Below, piece after piece: positions 44,901 to 56,900 of a stretch of DNA of 64,000 nt. The notes under the pieces were generated by a model. The model was given only the letters and a program-made list of their open reading frames with translations. It searched no databases and was not told the DNA's origin. The stretch is from a virus. The position numbers and the translations under genes are program-made. Positions within the stretch are counted from its first letter, which is position 1; every line of letters starts with the position of its first letter. The stretch is taken from positions 32,001 to 96,000 of the IMG/VR virus record IMGVR_UViG_3300035684_000001; one strand, given 5' to 3'.

Positions 44901-47900
44901 CGCTACGCTATCAAAAGGAGTTAGCCAAAGCCCAGCAACAAGAACAGGCGTTATCGGAACGCGCTCTAATTTCCGAAGTTAAGCGGGGAACTGATTTTGG
45001 TAAGGGATTAGCAGATGCAGAGCGACGGTATTACCTTAAGGACAAAAACGGCATTACCGAGGGGGTGAGCGGAGCTGCTGTAGAAAAACGCCGCAACCGA
45101 TTCGGTATAGAGCAGTACCAAGTTACCGACATCGGTCGCCAACTCCTAAAAATGAGCGGTCAAGGTGGCGAAAACGTCAAGGCGGGGCGGGGCTTGCAAT
45201 TTGAAAACATACGCCGGGAGGCGGCGAAGAGATCCGGGCTAGATGCTGAGTTTTCTCGATTTGGAAATGCGCCGAGCAACGAAGAGTTGGTGAAGTTAGC
45301 CGGTGGCAAAAACGTGGCAATCGACCTTTTGACTAATTTTCAAAAGGCGATGGCTAACTTGCACGTTGAGGATATTAAAGCTGAGTACCTTTACGTGAGT
45401 AAATCAAAATTGCCGCAAGTATCGAAAGATAAACCAGATAGCGAGAGAGCTTTCGATATTCAAGTTCAACGATTCAAGGATAAGGGAAATAAAGATATAG
45501 GTATTAATAGCGTCGCTTCATCGTCAGAGATCCGAAAGGAAATGGAGGCTGCAAAAAAAGCGACCGTCAATGCTAGCACTGCCTTTTATTCAAGGTTGAA
45601 TGCTATTTTAGCTAAGGTTAAAACCTCACCGACTGACTCATCTCCTAGTTCCAAAATGTTTAACCCCGAAGCTGATACGCAAAACTACGCTGATAGGCTA
45701 AAAGCCGCTAAAGCTGTGGACAAGCAAAGGCCACAAGGAGAATTTGAGAGAACTCTTGCAGATATCATTCACACGATCAACGAAAGACAGACTAAGATGA
45801 TCGTTCAAACGGTCACGGGGTTCAATAACTTTGAAGAAGCAAACAAGCAGGCAGCTAGAGAGTTGCAAGAATCTTCTGGGCGATCAAGGCAAGTAGCTAT
45901 AGGTTTTGGCGAGGTAGCAGTACAGGGGGTAAGAAACCTCGGTCATTCAATGCAAGAGTCGTCTAACTTGCTAGAAGGACAGGTTGCTTCCACTCGGAAT
46001 TCTTTGGTTCGTACTTTGTTTGGATGGACTGGAATTCCCAAGATATTAGAAGCTATGCGATTCGATAAAACAATTGCAATTCAAGCGCGAATCGTTCAGG
46101 CTAGAACCGAAAGAATAGCTCGATCTGAAGCTACTGCCGCTTTAGTGTTAAAGAGGGCGCGAGAAAGAGGGCTAGATGCTTTAGTTAAAAACAATCCAGA
46201 ACACGCAAATTTAGATTTACTTCTAGTGAAAATGAGGCAACCAGAAAATAAACAGTTGTATCAATTCTTTAATCAGTTCATGGAGACTGGAAAGTACCAG
46301 CGAGAAGCTACTGGTAACGAAATTACCCAACTAACTGAAATGTTGAAAGCTAGCTTTGGTGAAAAGCGACCTGAGTTTCAGGGAGTAGATAATTTAAAGA
46401 CATTTTTAGACAGATTAAAATCTGCACCCGATCTGAACAAAGAAGATATTCAAAAGTTGCGAAGATATTTGACGCACGGCACGGGGGATCGTGGCAAACA
46501 ACTTAAAGAAAATGAATTTGAAGCATTAGCGAAACAATTAACCAATGCTGGCATAGGAGGAGAAAATGAATTACTGGATTTGCGAACAGCACTTCGCAGA
46601 GATGAGTCACTTGCTACTGTATTCGATCAATATTTGTTAACTGGTAAGTTTGTTTTAAAAGCGAGTCAAGAACAGCAAAATCAAATTGCTGGATTTCTTG
46701 GATTATCTTCGTCCCGTGAACTCAAAAATATTGATCAGATTAAATTAAAAAATCCTTTGGAGCAACTAAAAGTCAATGTTCGGGTTTACCTCGAAAGTAT
46801 AGACGCGGGTTTTGAACGATTCAATCGATCTACAATTAGCCAGATAGATTCCCTAGAATCGAAATTAATTAAAATACCGTTCATGAGTGTAGAGATGGCA
46901 GAAAACATTGTCCGTCCTCTCCGTAACTTTTACGCTGGTATTTACAGATCTGCTTTATCTGCCAAAGATTCATCAATCAAACTAGCTGGCGATCTGTATA
47001 ATGCCGCAGAAGCTAGTGTTAAAGGATCTAAGTTTGTTCAAAGAATTGAAAAACTGAATAAAGATTTTAGAATTGCTCAGCGAAACAGTTTACAACACAT
47101 GATGACAGAAGGGCGCGAGAAAGCCCCGAAAACTCATTATCAATTTATGGGTCAAATGTTTGCGGAGTTGACAAAAACTGACATCAAGGATCGGCAAGTT
47201 CAAGACAAAATACTGCAATCTATTCTCAAGGATCAAAAAGATAGTGAAGGAAATAACATCTCGATCAAAGACAGGCTGCTTAAGTTAGGGATGGGTGATA
47301 GGATTGAAAATATTACTAAAGCACTAGGAAAAGCTTTAGACGTAAATGAGGCTAGAGTTCGTGAGATCGTGGAGAATCCTGATTACACGGCGAAGTCTGT
47401 TGCACCTTATCAATTCTTTTTAGCCAAAGCATTCCCTGATTTAATCAAAAATTTCACCGGGGGAGTGACGTTACTTGCTGCTAAAAGCGGAGCGGGCGGA
47501 TTGATTAAAAAGATAGTTGCAGATATTTCTCCCGCATTAGGTAAACCAGTATTAATTGGACTTTCCAATGTCATCGATCGCGCCCGAATCGCTATGTCAG
47601 TCGGAACCAACCGAATCGCCCGTGAAGTCGAAGGGTTGATCGGGACAAACCCGTTTAGCAATTTCCTTAATAACTTCTCCCGATTTTTAGCTCGCAGTGG
47701 CGATTCGCTGTCCAAGTTTTTTGTTGATCGTGCCAACGGATTTGACGCAGAACGAGCTAAATCTTGGACGGTCAAAATAGTTGATAAAGCAGGAGAACTG
47801 TTCAAGACGGTTGCTGGAGTGTTGGTTCAAGCAGGGAACCAAGCGAAATCGCAGCAGGGCGGAATTTTAGGGGCGATCGGCAATTTATTCTCTGGAGTTA

Positions 47901-50900
47901 AAAAGTTTTTTTCTAATGTTTTTGGTAACAAAGATATTGCAAAGTTGCAAAAGCAAAAAGAGGCAGCAGAAAGACTGGCGCAGTCCGAAGGGGATTCTAG
48001 ATTGGGTCTTGCAGCTAAACGCCGTGCAGCAACTTTGGGTGATCGGATTGAATACACCAAACAGTTTAACTCTCCTGCTTCTAAGGCAAAAGCAGCTTTG
48101 TTTGGACTTGCTGAATTGCTGAAGACTGCTTCTCAAAAAGTTGGGCAGGGAGCTGATGCGCTGAACGCGCAATCGCGCCAAGCTGCAATTCCCCAAAGCG
48201 AAACAACAATTAGAGAAGCCAGTCGGGGAGGGCGACGCCACTACAGAAGTTTAGAGCGTCGCGGACTGATAGATTCGGCCGACGTTAGCATTGACAGCGG
48301 GATGGCTGAATATGCTAGCAATATACTCCCCTTGACCGAGAAGATATCCGCATCAATACTGAAGGGCGCTTCGTCCGCAGCCAGAGGAATTTCTACTTAC
48401 TTTCAAGGAGCGGCTACCCGCACGGAAACAGCATGGCAAGAAGCCACCAACAGAATTACTGGGAATAATTGGTGGACGATGGTGAAGCGCGCTGCGTGGG
48501 CGGGAGTCAAGATTGTGACCAGCCTCAACCACCGCGCATCCGACGTAACCAGCGCAGCCTGGGAAAATACCGAGCATTCTACCGCTGCAAATATGAACCA
48601 GATGGCTCAGGTGGCGGCGGGGACAGGGGCTGAAATTGCCCAAGATATGCAGCGCGCGGCGCAAGTTACTCAGCAGTCGATCGCCCACATCCCTCAAGTC
48701 GCAGAGCAAGCCACAACAAAATCAGTTGGATTTTTCCATAAATTAGTCGGTGCGATGGGCGGAGTTGGCAAGGCTGGAATGGCAGTGGGCGGTGCAGTGA
48801 CAGCAGCCGGATTTGCAGCGCAGACAGCTTTTTTCTCGCTACAAAACATGGGCTTTATCGACGAAGCTACAGGTCAAAGTCTTTATAAAGTAACAGAGTT
48901 GTTCACGTTGGTAGGTGCAGTTGGCGGACTGGCCGCTCCGGTACTGACTGCGTTGGGAGCTAGCTTTGGGGCGATTGTCTCAATTTCGGGCGCAACGATC
49001 GCCGGACTAACTGGCATTGGCGGAGCGATTGCCGGAGCGATGGGAGTAGCAGCGCTACCGCTAGCTCCTTTGATTGCAGGGGTTGCGGCGATCGGGCTAG
49101 CTGCGGGGGGACTATATTTAGCATTTAAAAATAACTTTTTAGGAATTGGAAATTTGGCGCGATCAACTGGAGATATGCTTTCTCAAGCCCTGTCAGCCCC
49201 GATTTCCTTTATTACCGCTGCGTGGCAAAGATTTATCGATGCGTTTGGCGGGAAATTGATGGCGATCATCCAGCCAGCACTAAACGTAGCGCAAGGTTTG
49301 ATAAACGCTCTCAACCACAACCCTACGGAGAAAATACCGACGGCATGGGAGGGAGCTGTTGCAAGCATAACAGGCTTGATACAAGGGATGGTCGCTCCAG
49401 CGAAGGGGGTAGGAGAAGAAATGTCCGAAGTGCTCCAAGCTGATGATGCCAAGCAGCGACGCAAAACGGAATTTATAAATTCAATAGCATTAGGAGCTAC
49501 AGGTGAAAAACAGAAATTGTCGTGGCAGGAGAATCTACAGATAGGCTTCGGTAAGGTTGTCGCTGCACTTACTTCGGTACTGTCGCCTCTTGACTCTGTT
49601 GGTAAGAAGTTAGACATTCAAGCTCAACTCCTCCACGCTCAAATCAGGCAGCAGCAGACCGCACAGGCGCAAACACTTTGGAGGTTCGCCACCAACAAAG
49701 AAAGGAATAAAAATCTAGCGACAAGAATAGAGGGAATGCTTCAAAGAAGATTCTCAAGGGAAGCGCCGCAGCAGTTAAGTCACTCTGCCCGGACTATGGG
49801 CGGTTTTGTCCCTAGAAGCGGTACAACAGCAACTGCTCCGCCGATGTTGGGGGCATTACAGCAAAGTGGAGCGGGTAAAGGTATTTCAAAATTCGGTAGT
49901 TTGCTTAAACCGATTTTTGGGTTAGGGATGTTAGGAGAAGTTGGCACATTAATGCTAGGTATAGGGGGGATAACAACCGCTCTATCTGTTCTCACGCTTG
50001 CTTTCACTACTGACTTTGCGGATATTAGGACAAAGACGGTTAAGTTAACAACGGCGATTGGTCATCTATTCTCCGGTGCAGTTCAAACGATTCAAAGAGC
50101 TTGGACGGGATTTGTACACTGGTTTCTTGATATGCCATTGGTCGATACCGCTTTAGAAATGGCATTGGGTCTTATTGATGCTTTAAATCACAACCCCACA
50201 GAGAAAATCCCAGCAGCATGGGAAGGTGCTGTAGAAAGAATATCAGGAGCGATAAATTGGTTGATAACACCAGCTAAGGAAGTTGCTGGGATATTGACGG
50301 GTGTATTTTCGCCAGTTAGTGACTTTTTTAGTAGTAAAGCAAAACAGGCAAACTTAGTCGTTAGTCAAGGTAAAGAAGCTGTTGTTAATACCAAAAATTC
50401 ACTGACAAACACTTATGCCGGAATGGAAGGTTTTTTCACCCAAGGTTCTCGGGCGATCGAGTCTGAGTTGCATCTACACGGACAGATATTTCTATCGATA
50501 GTTTCTACGCTCAATAACATTGCTTCTTATACTAAATCTTTGCTTTCTCTACTCGACAAGACTCAAGAAGAAACAAGGTCGTCGGCAGTCGCTCAAGCTC
50601 CCGATCTAGGAAAAAGTTCTGTGTTGGCGCAGCGCAAATATCAAATCGGGTTTGGCTTAAAAGGTGAAGGATGGAAAAAAAGAACCGAACAATCAAGACA
50701 AAAAGATATTTCCAATGATTTAGGTCAACAAAAAAGAGGATGGAATCTATTTGATAGAGTACACATTCCCGATTTTATAGAAATTAGAAATGTATTTGAC
50801 AAAGAATCTGCGTTTAGAACGCAAATTCAAGCTCAGATGCAGAAAGAAGAACTTAAGATTGCAGACACGATTCTCCAAGGACTGAATTCAAAATCATTGT

Positions 50901-53900
50901 CCTCTCAAGCAGAATATGCAGGTTTGGCAACGAAGATTACTGTACAGAAAAAAGGTCTTGGCGGACTGCTGGGTCAAACAGAAGATGTCTACAAAATTAA
51001 TCAAGCCGGTCAAAAATATATAGAAGAGCAATTGGCAGCATCTGCCAAAAATCAAGAAGGGATGTTTTCTAATGCTAGGTTGAGTGCTACGGCTGCATCT
51101 GTGGGAGCCAAGATTCCCGATCAATCGCTGTTAGATAAAGCTTTAATTGGGCAAGATTCATTGAATGATGCCATAAAAATTGCACCGGGGCAACCTGGAA
51201 AGTCGCAACAAATCCTACAACTGGAATCAATAAACAGCATATTAGCTGAAATTTTAACAGTTATAATTGGGCTGCAACCAGCATCAGTTCAAATACCCAG
51301 TAAACAGGTAATTGCTGAACCGCCCCGTGAAAAACTTCTACCATTAGAGGTTAAAGAAACAAGTTCTGCACAGAAATTCTTTGGCTTTTTAAGTCAAAGT
51401 ATAAAAGAAAATGCGCCAAAAATAACCAACTCTATTCAAGGTACTGTTAAATCTGGGATTGACAAAACTAAAGATTTTATTTCTTCACGAAAGCAAGCTT
51501 TTATCGAAAAGAAAACGTACTTGGCAGCTAAAGCAGGTGCGGGTATATTTGGTGGCACAGTTCCAAAAACCCCCGACGCGGTTGGTGTCACTGGAACGAT
51601 TGGCTTTGGTGATTTAGGTGCTAGCAGCACAAATGCAGCATGGGCTAATACCGCTTCAGCTATCACGGCGAACATTAATTCCTTGGTACAGCCAGCGGAG
51701 GATTCTGGGTACGAACTGCAAAAAGCTGTTTCTGAAGGTTCTCCCGGCCCAACTTACTGGATTCGACATTACTGGGAAAAAACTGTCGGGGCGATCGCTG
51801 GGTGGATGGGCGACATCCAGTCAACCGCTCAAGAAACCGGATCGGTTCTGCGCGGTAGCTTAACAAATTCAGCTAGCAAGATATTGCTATCGCCACCAAA
51901 AAACGACCTCAAAAGTCAGGCGATTCGATCTGCAAGTTTCTTCATGCTAGCTGTGGGTGATCGCTATCAGTATCTAGCCGATCGCGGAATAGGTAGCGCC
52001 AGTATTCTGTTCGCACCTGGGATGGAGTATGTCACAAGCAGCCTGAGTCAACTGGGTGAAGATTTAGTTGATTTTACCGGGCGATCGGCAAGAGCCTTGC
52101 TAACTCTAAATTTTGTGGAATTAGGGGACGCAGCTCACGACTTCTTCGGTAACTTCAAATATGGGGTGGGAGGGGTACTGTCGGGATTCAGTAGCATGAG
52201 TTTATCGGCGATCGCCTTCGGACTGTTTTCGCTGTCCGGTATTTCTCCGCTGCTTCTAGTCCTGGGGGGTGTCGCATTTACGGCTGCGGTAATCGTTGCG
52301 AACTTCTTGGGTATCCGAACGATTTTAACTGGGCTAATCAAAATTGGGATTGGTGCTGGCAAGATTTTGGCTGGAGTGCTGTGGGGATTAGTGGAAGCAG
52401 CGAGTGCTTTTAAAACGATCGCCCTAGGTATATTGCCCGCGCTGAAAGGAGATTTCACTCTAATCCAAGACGGCTTCCGGCGGCTGGGGTTTGCGTTTGA
52501 GAATTTTCAGCGTAGCGCGAGCGACGGGTTGAAGACGATCGCCCAAGGTTCAATCCAGATATTGCAGGGATTTGGTGAAGCGCTTGAACAAATTTTCCGA
52601 CCGTTAGGTTTTACCATCAAACAGACAACCGAATCTATCCAGAACTTTTTTTCAGCTTTCCGGTCTGGTGAGCAGGCGGGAGAAATGGTCGCATCTATAT
52701 TGATTGCTGCGGTCAAATCATTCACCAATGCTATCGGTTTTGCCATTGACAGTATTAAAAAGCATTTTCCAGTAATCAAGCAGCTTTTGGTAGAGCAACT
52801 TGATCTCGGAGTGCAGTCGATCAAAGACAAAATCTTTCAGGTTCAGGAAGCGATCAAGAATTTTACATTCAAAGATGCGATCACCAGTATCAGTCAACTC
52901 TTTGGTTCCATAGACGGATCTGTTGAGTCAGTTCCCGATCGCATCAAAAGATTAGCACCGGGAATCACTGAAGCTCTGACAGCACCTCTTAGATATGTTG
53001 GAGACTTCTGGCGGAGCTTTTTCAACACAATTCTCGCTGAGCTACCCCCAGAGATTGTGGCGACGATTCAGAAAGGGTTTGGCGACGCAATCTCCGCAGT
53101 TGAGCCGACGTTCCGGCAAATCCTCAAGACGTTGAACATTGAGGAATACTTTGATCGTGCGATAGTCAAGGTTCAAACTTCCTGGCAACACCTAAAAAAT
53201 TGGCTGGGGCAGAGTAACTTATTTCAAGTTGTGGGCGATCGGCTGCGCGAGGCTTTTAAGCCAGAAAACCTGTCTCAAGCTTTTCTTTCAACTATCAATA
53301 TCTTAGAGGCTGCATGGAGCAAGTTCGTTGGTTGGATGAGCGCAACTAATTTATTTGATTGGTTGTTCGCTCTCTTGCTCAAAGTCGGATCGGAATTTAC
53401 ATTGTTTGGAGATTTACTAAGAGAGAAGTGGTCGGATGTTCAAAAGTTGCTGGCATCTGGACAAGTATTCCAAGGATTCTTTGAGGGGATGAAGGATTTA
53501 GGTAGTAAACTAACTACCTGGGCGCTCGAAATTGGCTTAAAATTCGAGATACCAGCGATTCAAGACTTGTTTGTCAAGATTGCTTTATTAGGGGAAAATC
53601 TTAGCAATACAACGGCATTTATTCGAGAAAAATGGAATAAATTATCTGTTTGGTTAGCTGAGACTCCTCTGATTCCAGGGGCTTTAGACTTCCTAGTAGC
53701 ACTTGGTACAAAGTTTGGCGAGACAATATCTTGGATTAAATCTGAATGGCCCAATTTTATCACCTTCTTAACGTCGGCAGATTTGTTTGCGAATATATCT
53801 GCAAAGATGAAGAGTTTTGGCGAATCAATTCCCTCTTTGTTTGAAGAAATAAAAGGACAGGTAGCTAAAATTATTCCTAGCATGAATGGTGCAATCGGAT

Positions 53901-56900
53901 CTATCCAGGTTCAATGGCAACGTCTCACAGAATTCTTGAATAAAAAGGGTCTGTTTACACGGGTGTTTGCGGGACTGAGTGAAGCTCTGAATGAAAAGGG
54001 CTTGTTTACTAGGATTTTTACGGGAATCCAAGATATTCCGATCGCCCTTGGGAAAGTAGCAGACTGGATTAAGGAGAAATGGCAAAAGTTTGCCGTAGAG
54101 TTTCAAACGATATTGACTCCTATCGTAGACTTTGCTAAATGGCTGGGTCAAACCTTGATCAACTTATTGAACCATAGCCCGACGGTCAAGATCCCTGAAG
54201 CTTGGAAGGAAGCAGTCACCAAAATAACGAATTCGTTGTTGGCACTGATAGCGCCTGCGAGTTGGGTGGCAAGTCAAATTATCGAGAAGTTTAATTTAGA
54301 TGCAGTAAAAAATGGGTTTAAATCCCTGACTGGATTTATCTCTAATTTTGCAACCAGCTTGTTTTCTGAAGTTCAACAGCCACTGACAGACTTGATTGGC
54401 ATCGTAGTTTCTGCAAGTAAGTCAGTCATTGATTTTGGCAAAACTTTGTTCGACATTGCCAAGGCGGTAAATAGTGGGGCGATCGCCTCCGATGAGATGA
54501 CATCTAAATTAACGGGTGTGTCATCCGCCGTCAGACATTTGGGTGAATTCTTAGGAGTAATTCTACGGAGTTTAGGGCAGTTCTCTCAAGGATTAACTTC
54601 CGCTGGTGATGATGCCGATCGCGCATCTTCTGCGGGGAAAGGGTTGGGGCAAGTTGTAGGAAAGATGTTAGCTGGCATAGTTAGTTTCTCTACGACAGTC
54701 CTGCCACCTTTGTTCAAAGTGTTGTGGGTGTTTACGCAGATAGGTATTGAGATTTCAGCGTTCGCACTAAAGTTTGTATGGGCATTTCGCTTTGTACTGG
54801 ATTGGCCTAGTCGGGTAATGACCGCTGTTTTAGGTTTATACAATGCGGTCATGAGGTTTGTCGCGCTGTTGTCGTCATTCTCTCGTAAATCTAAGGAAGT
54901 TTTTGTAGGATTACAGGAAGGTTTTGCAAGCTTTAAGACTCAACTAGCAGGTGTTGCGCTGACTGCGAGTGAAATTGCAAGCAGTTTCCTCGGTTTCGCT
55001 AAAGACATCGGTACTTTCGGCTCGAAGATGGGAAGTGTCATAGCTGAAATATTAATCGGGCTGAAAGATGTAGGTGTTGCGCTTTTCAAGCTCGGCTTAG
55101 ATGTTTCCCTACCATTCGACATCTTCAGTGTGTTTAAAGGGATTCCCGACATAATTTCTAGCATAGGTGCTCTTGGCAGTAACGCCACTGAATTAAAAGG
55201 AAGGTTGATTTCAGAGTTGGGAGAATTGGGTGCAGCGATCACCCAGTTTCTCGAACAACCACTGAAAGCGGTGGGGGCAATTTGGGAAAAAACCGGAGGC
55301 AAAATTGTCGGGGCGATCGCGGGTATCGGTAGAAAAGCCAAGCAAACCGGACAACAATTGCAGGGCGATTTGTCGGAAGCGTCGCCGGGTCCGACTTACT
55401 GGATTCGCAAAAATTGGCTCAATACTACAGAGACTATCCAGAGTCAGTTGTCGGACTTGGCGCTGTCTGCAAAAATTGAAGGCAACGCAATTTACAAATT
55501 CTTAGACCGATCGCTCACCGCGTTATCTCCATCTAAAATTGCCGAAGCCGGGGAAGCACTTGGCGGACTGAAGTTTGATGCGCGACTAGCGATGTCGAAC
55601 GTGGGTCGTAATCCGAAAGTTGACACGCAAAGTAACCTTCATGTCATTACCGCACGGCAGTTGAGATTGAATGAACTCTACAAACAAGGGACGATCGACA
55701 GCAAAGTCTACACCCAAGGTTTGAAGAATTTAGAATCTGCCCACAAGCGGGTAACGCAAGCAGTCGAACAGGATACCGCTGCTAGGAAACAAGCTGGTGA
55801 AAGCGTTAGATCTTTGTCGCTGTCGATCGGTTCCGCACTGTCGAACATTGCCCCGCAGCTAGCGACGCCGATATTCATGTTCAATGACTTAGTGACTGCA
55901 TTCCTAGATATTCGGACTGCAATACCGGGGATGCGAGCTTTTTACGCAGCGAACGCAGCAAGTTCCGTAGCTGCTGACAGCGCGATCTCCGCATCCGCTT
56001 TAACCAAAGCTGGAATCGTGGGGGGTGCTAACGGGGCGATCGCCGCTTCTTACGGGTTTGTTGCGGGTGCTGCCAAGCTTGCCTATAGGTCAATGATTGT
56101 ACCGTTGCTGCCGTTTTTACCTTTGATATTAGGGATTAGCTCTGCCATATTTTTGCTGTACCGAGCTTACAAGGACAACATTGGCGACATTCAAGGGGTT
56201 ATGGAAAATGCAAAAAATAGTCTAGGTAATTTTGGATCGTGGATTCTTGAGTCTATTTCCAGTGTTGCTTCTGGAATTGTTGGAATGATTGCAGGCGTCC
56301 TTGGCCCATTGATTGAGGTCAGCAAATTTGCTTTTACTGTATTTGGGGTATTCGTTGAGTCACTACTGAAGATTGGCGCTGCTTTAGCTGTATTTTCTTT
56401 CCTGGGTCAAATAGGGAGTCTGTTTGTCAGCGCTGGGGCATTTGTTACTGGATTGGGGCTAGCAATTGTTGAATTTTCGACGATCGCTGGAAGTGTAGCC
56501 GCAGTATTTAGCGGAGTATTAGTTCCAGTGATTCTCAGTGGATTGAGTGCAATCTTTGCTGCGGCAGCCGCAGTAATCACCCCCTTTCTTCCTTTGATTC
56601 CATTAATTCTAGGAATTGTCACGGTCGGGTGGGTGCTGGGGAAAGTCTTCAACTTTGTTGGCAGTATTATCGGTGGCGTTTTCGGGGGGATTTGGAATTC
56701 GAGTACCGAAGTGGTTGGAACACTATTTCAGGAAATCAGTAATGTCTGGAGCGCACTCGCGGATCTAGGTGATCAAATTGTCCAACCATTCGCCCAAGCT
56801 TTTGGGGCTATCGCCAGTATCTTTGGCGGGGTAGATGGAAACATATCAGGGGTTGCCTCAACAATCATCCATGTGTTGCTGATTCCAGTTAAGCTTCTAG

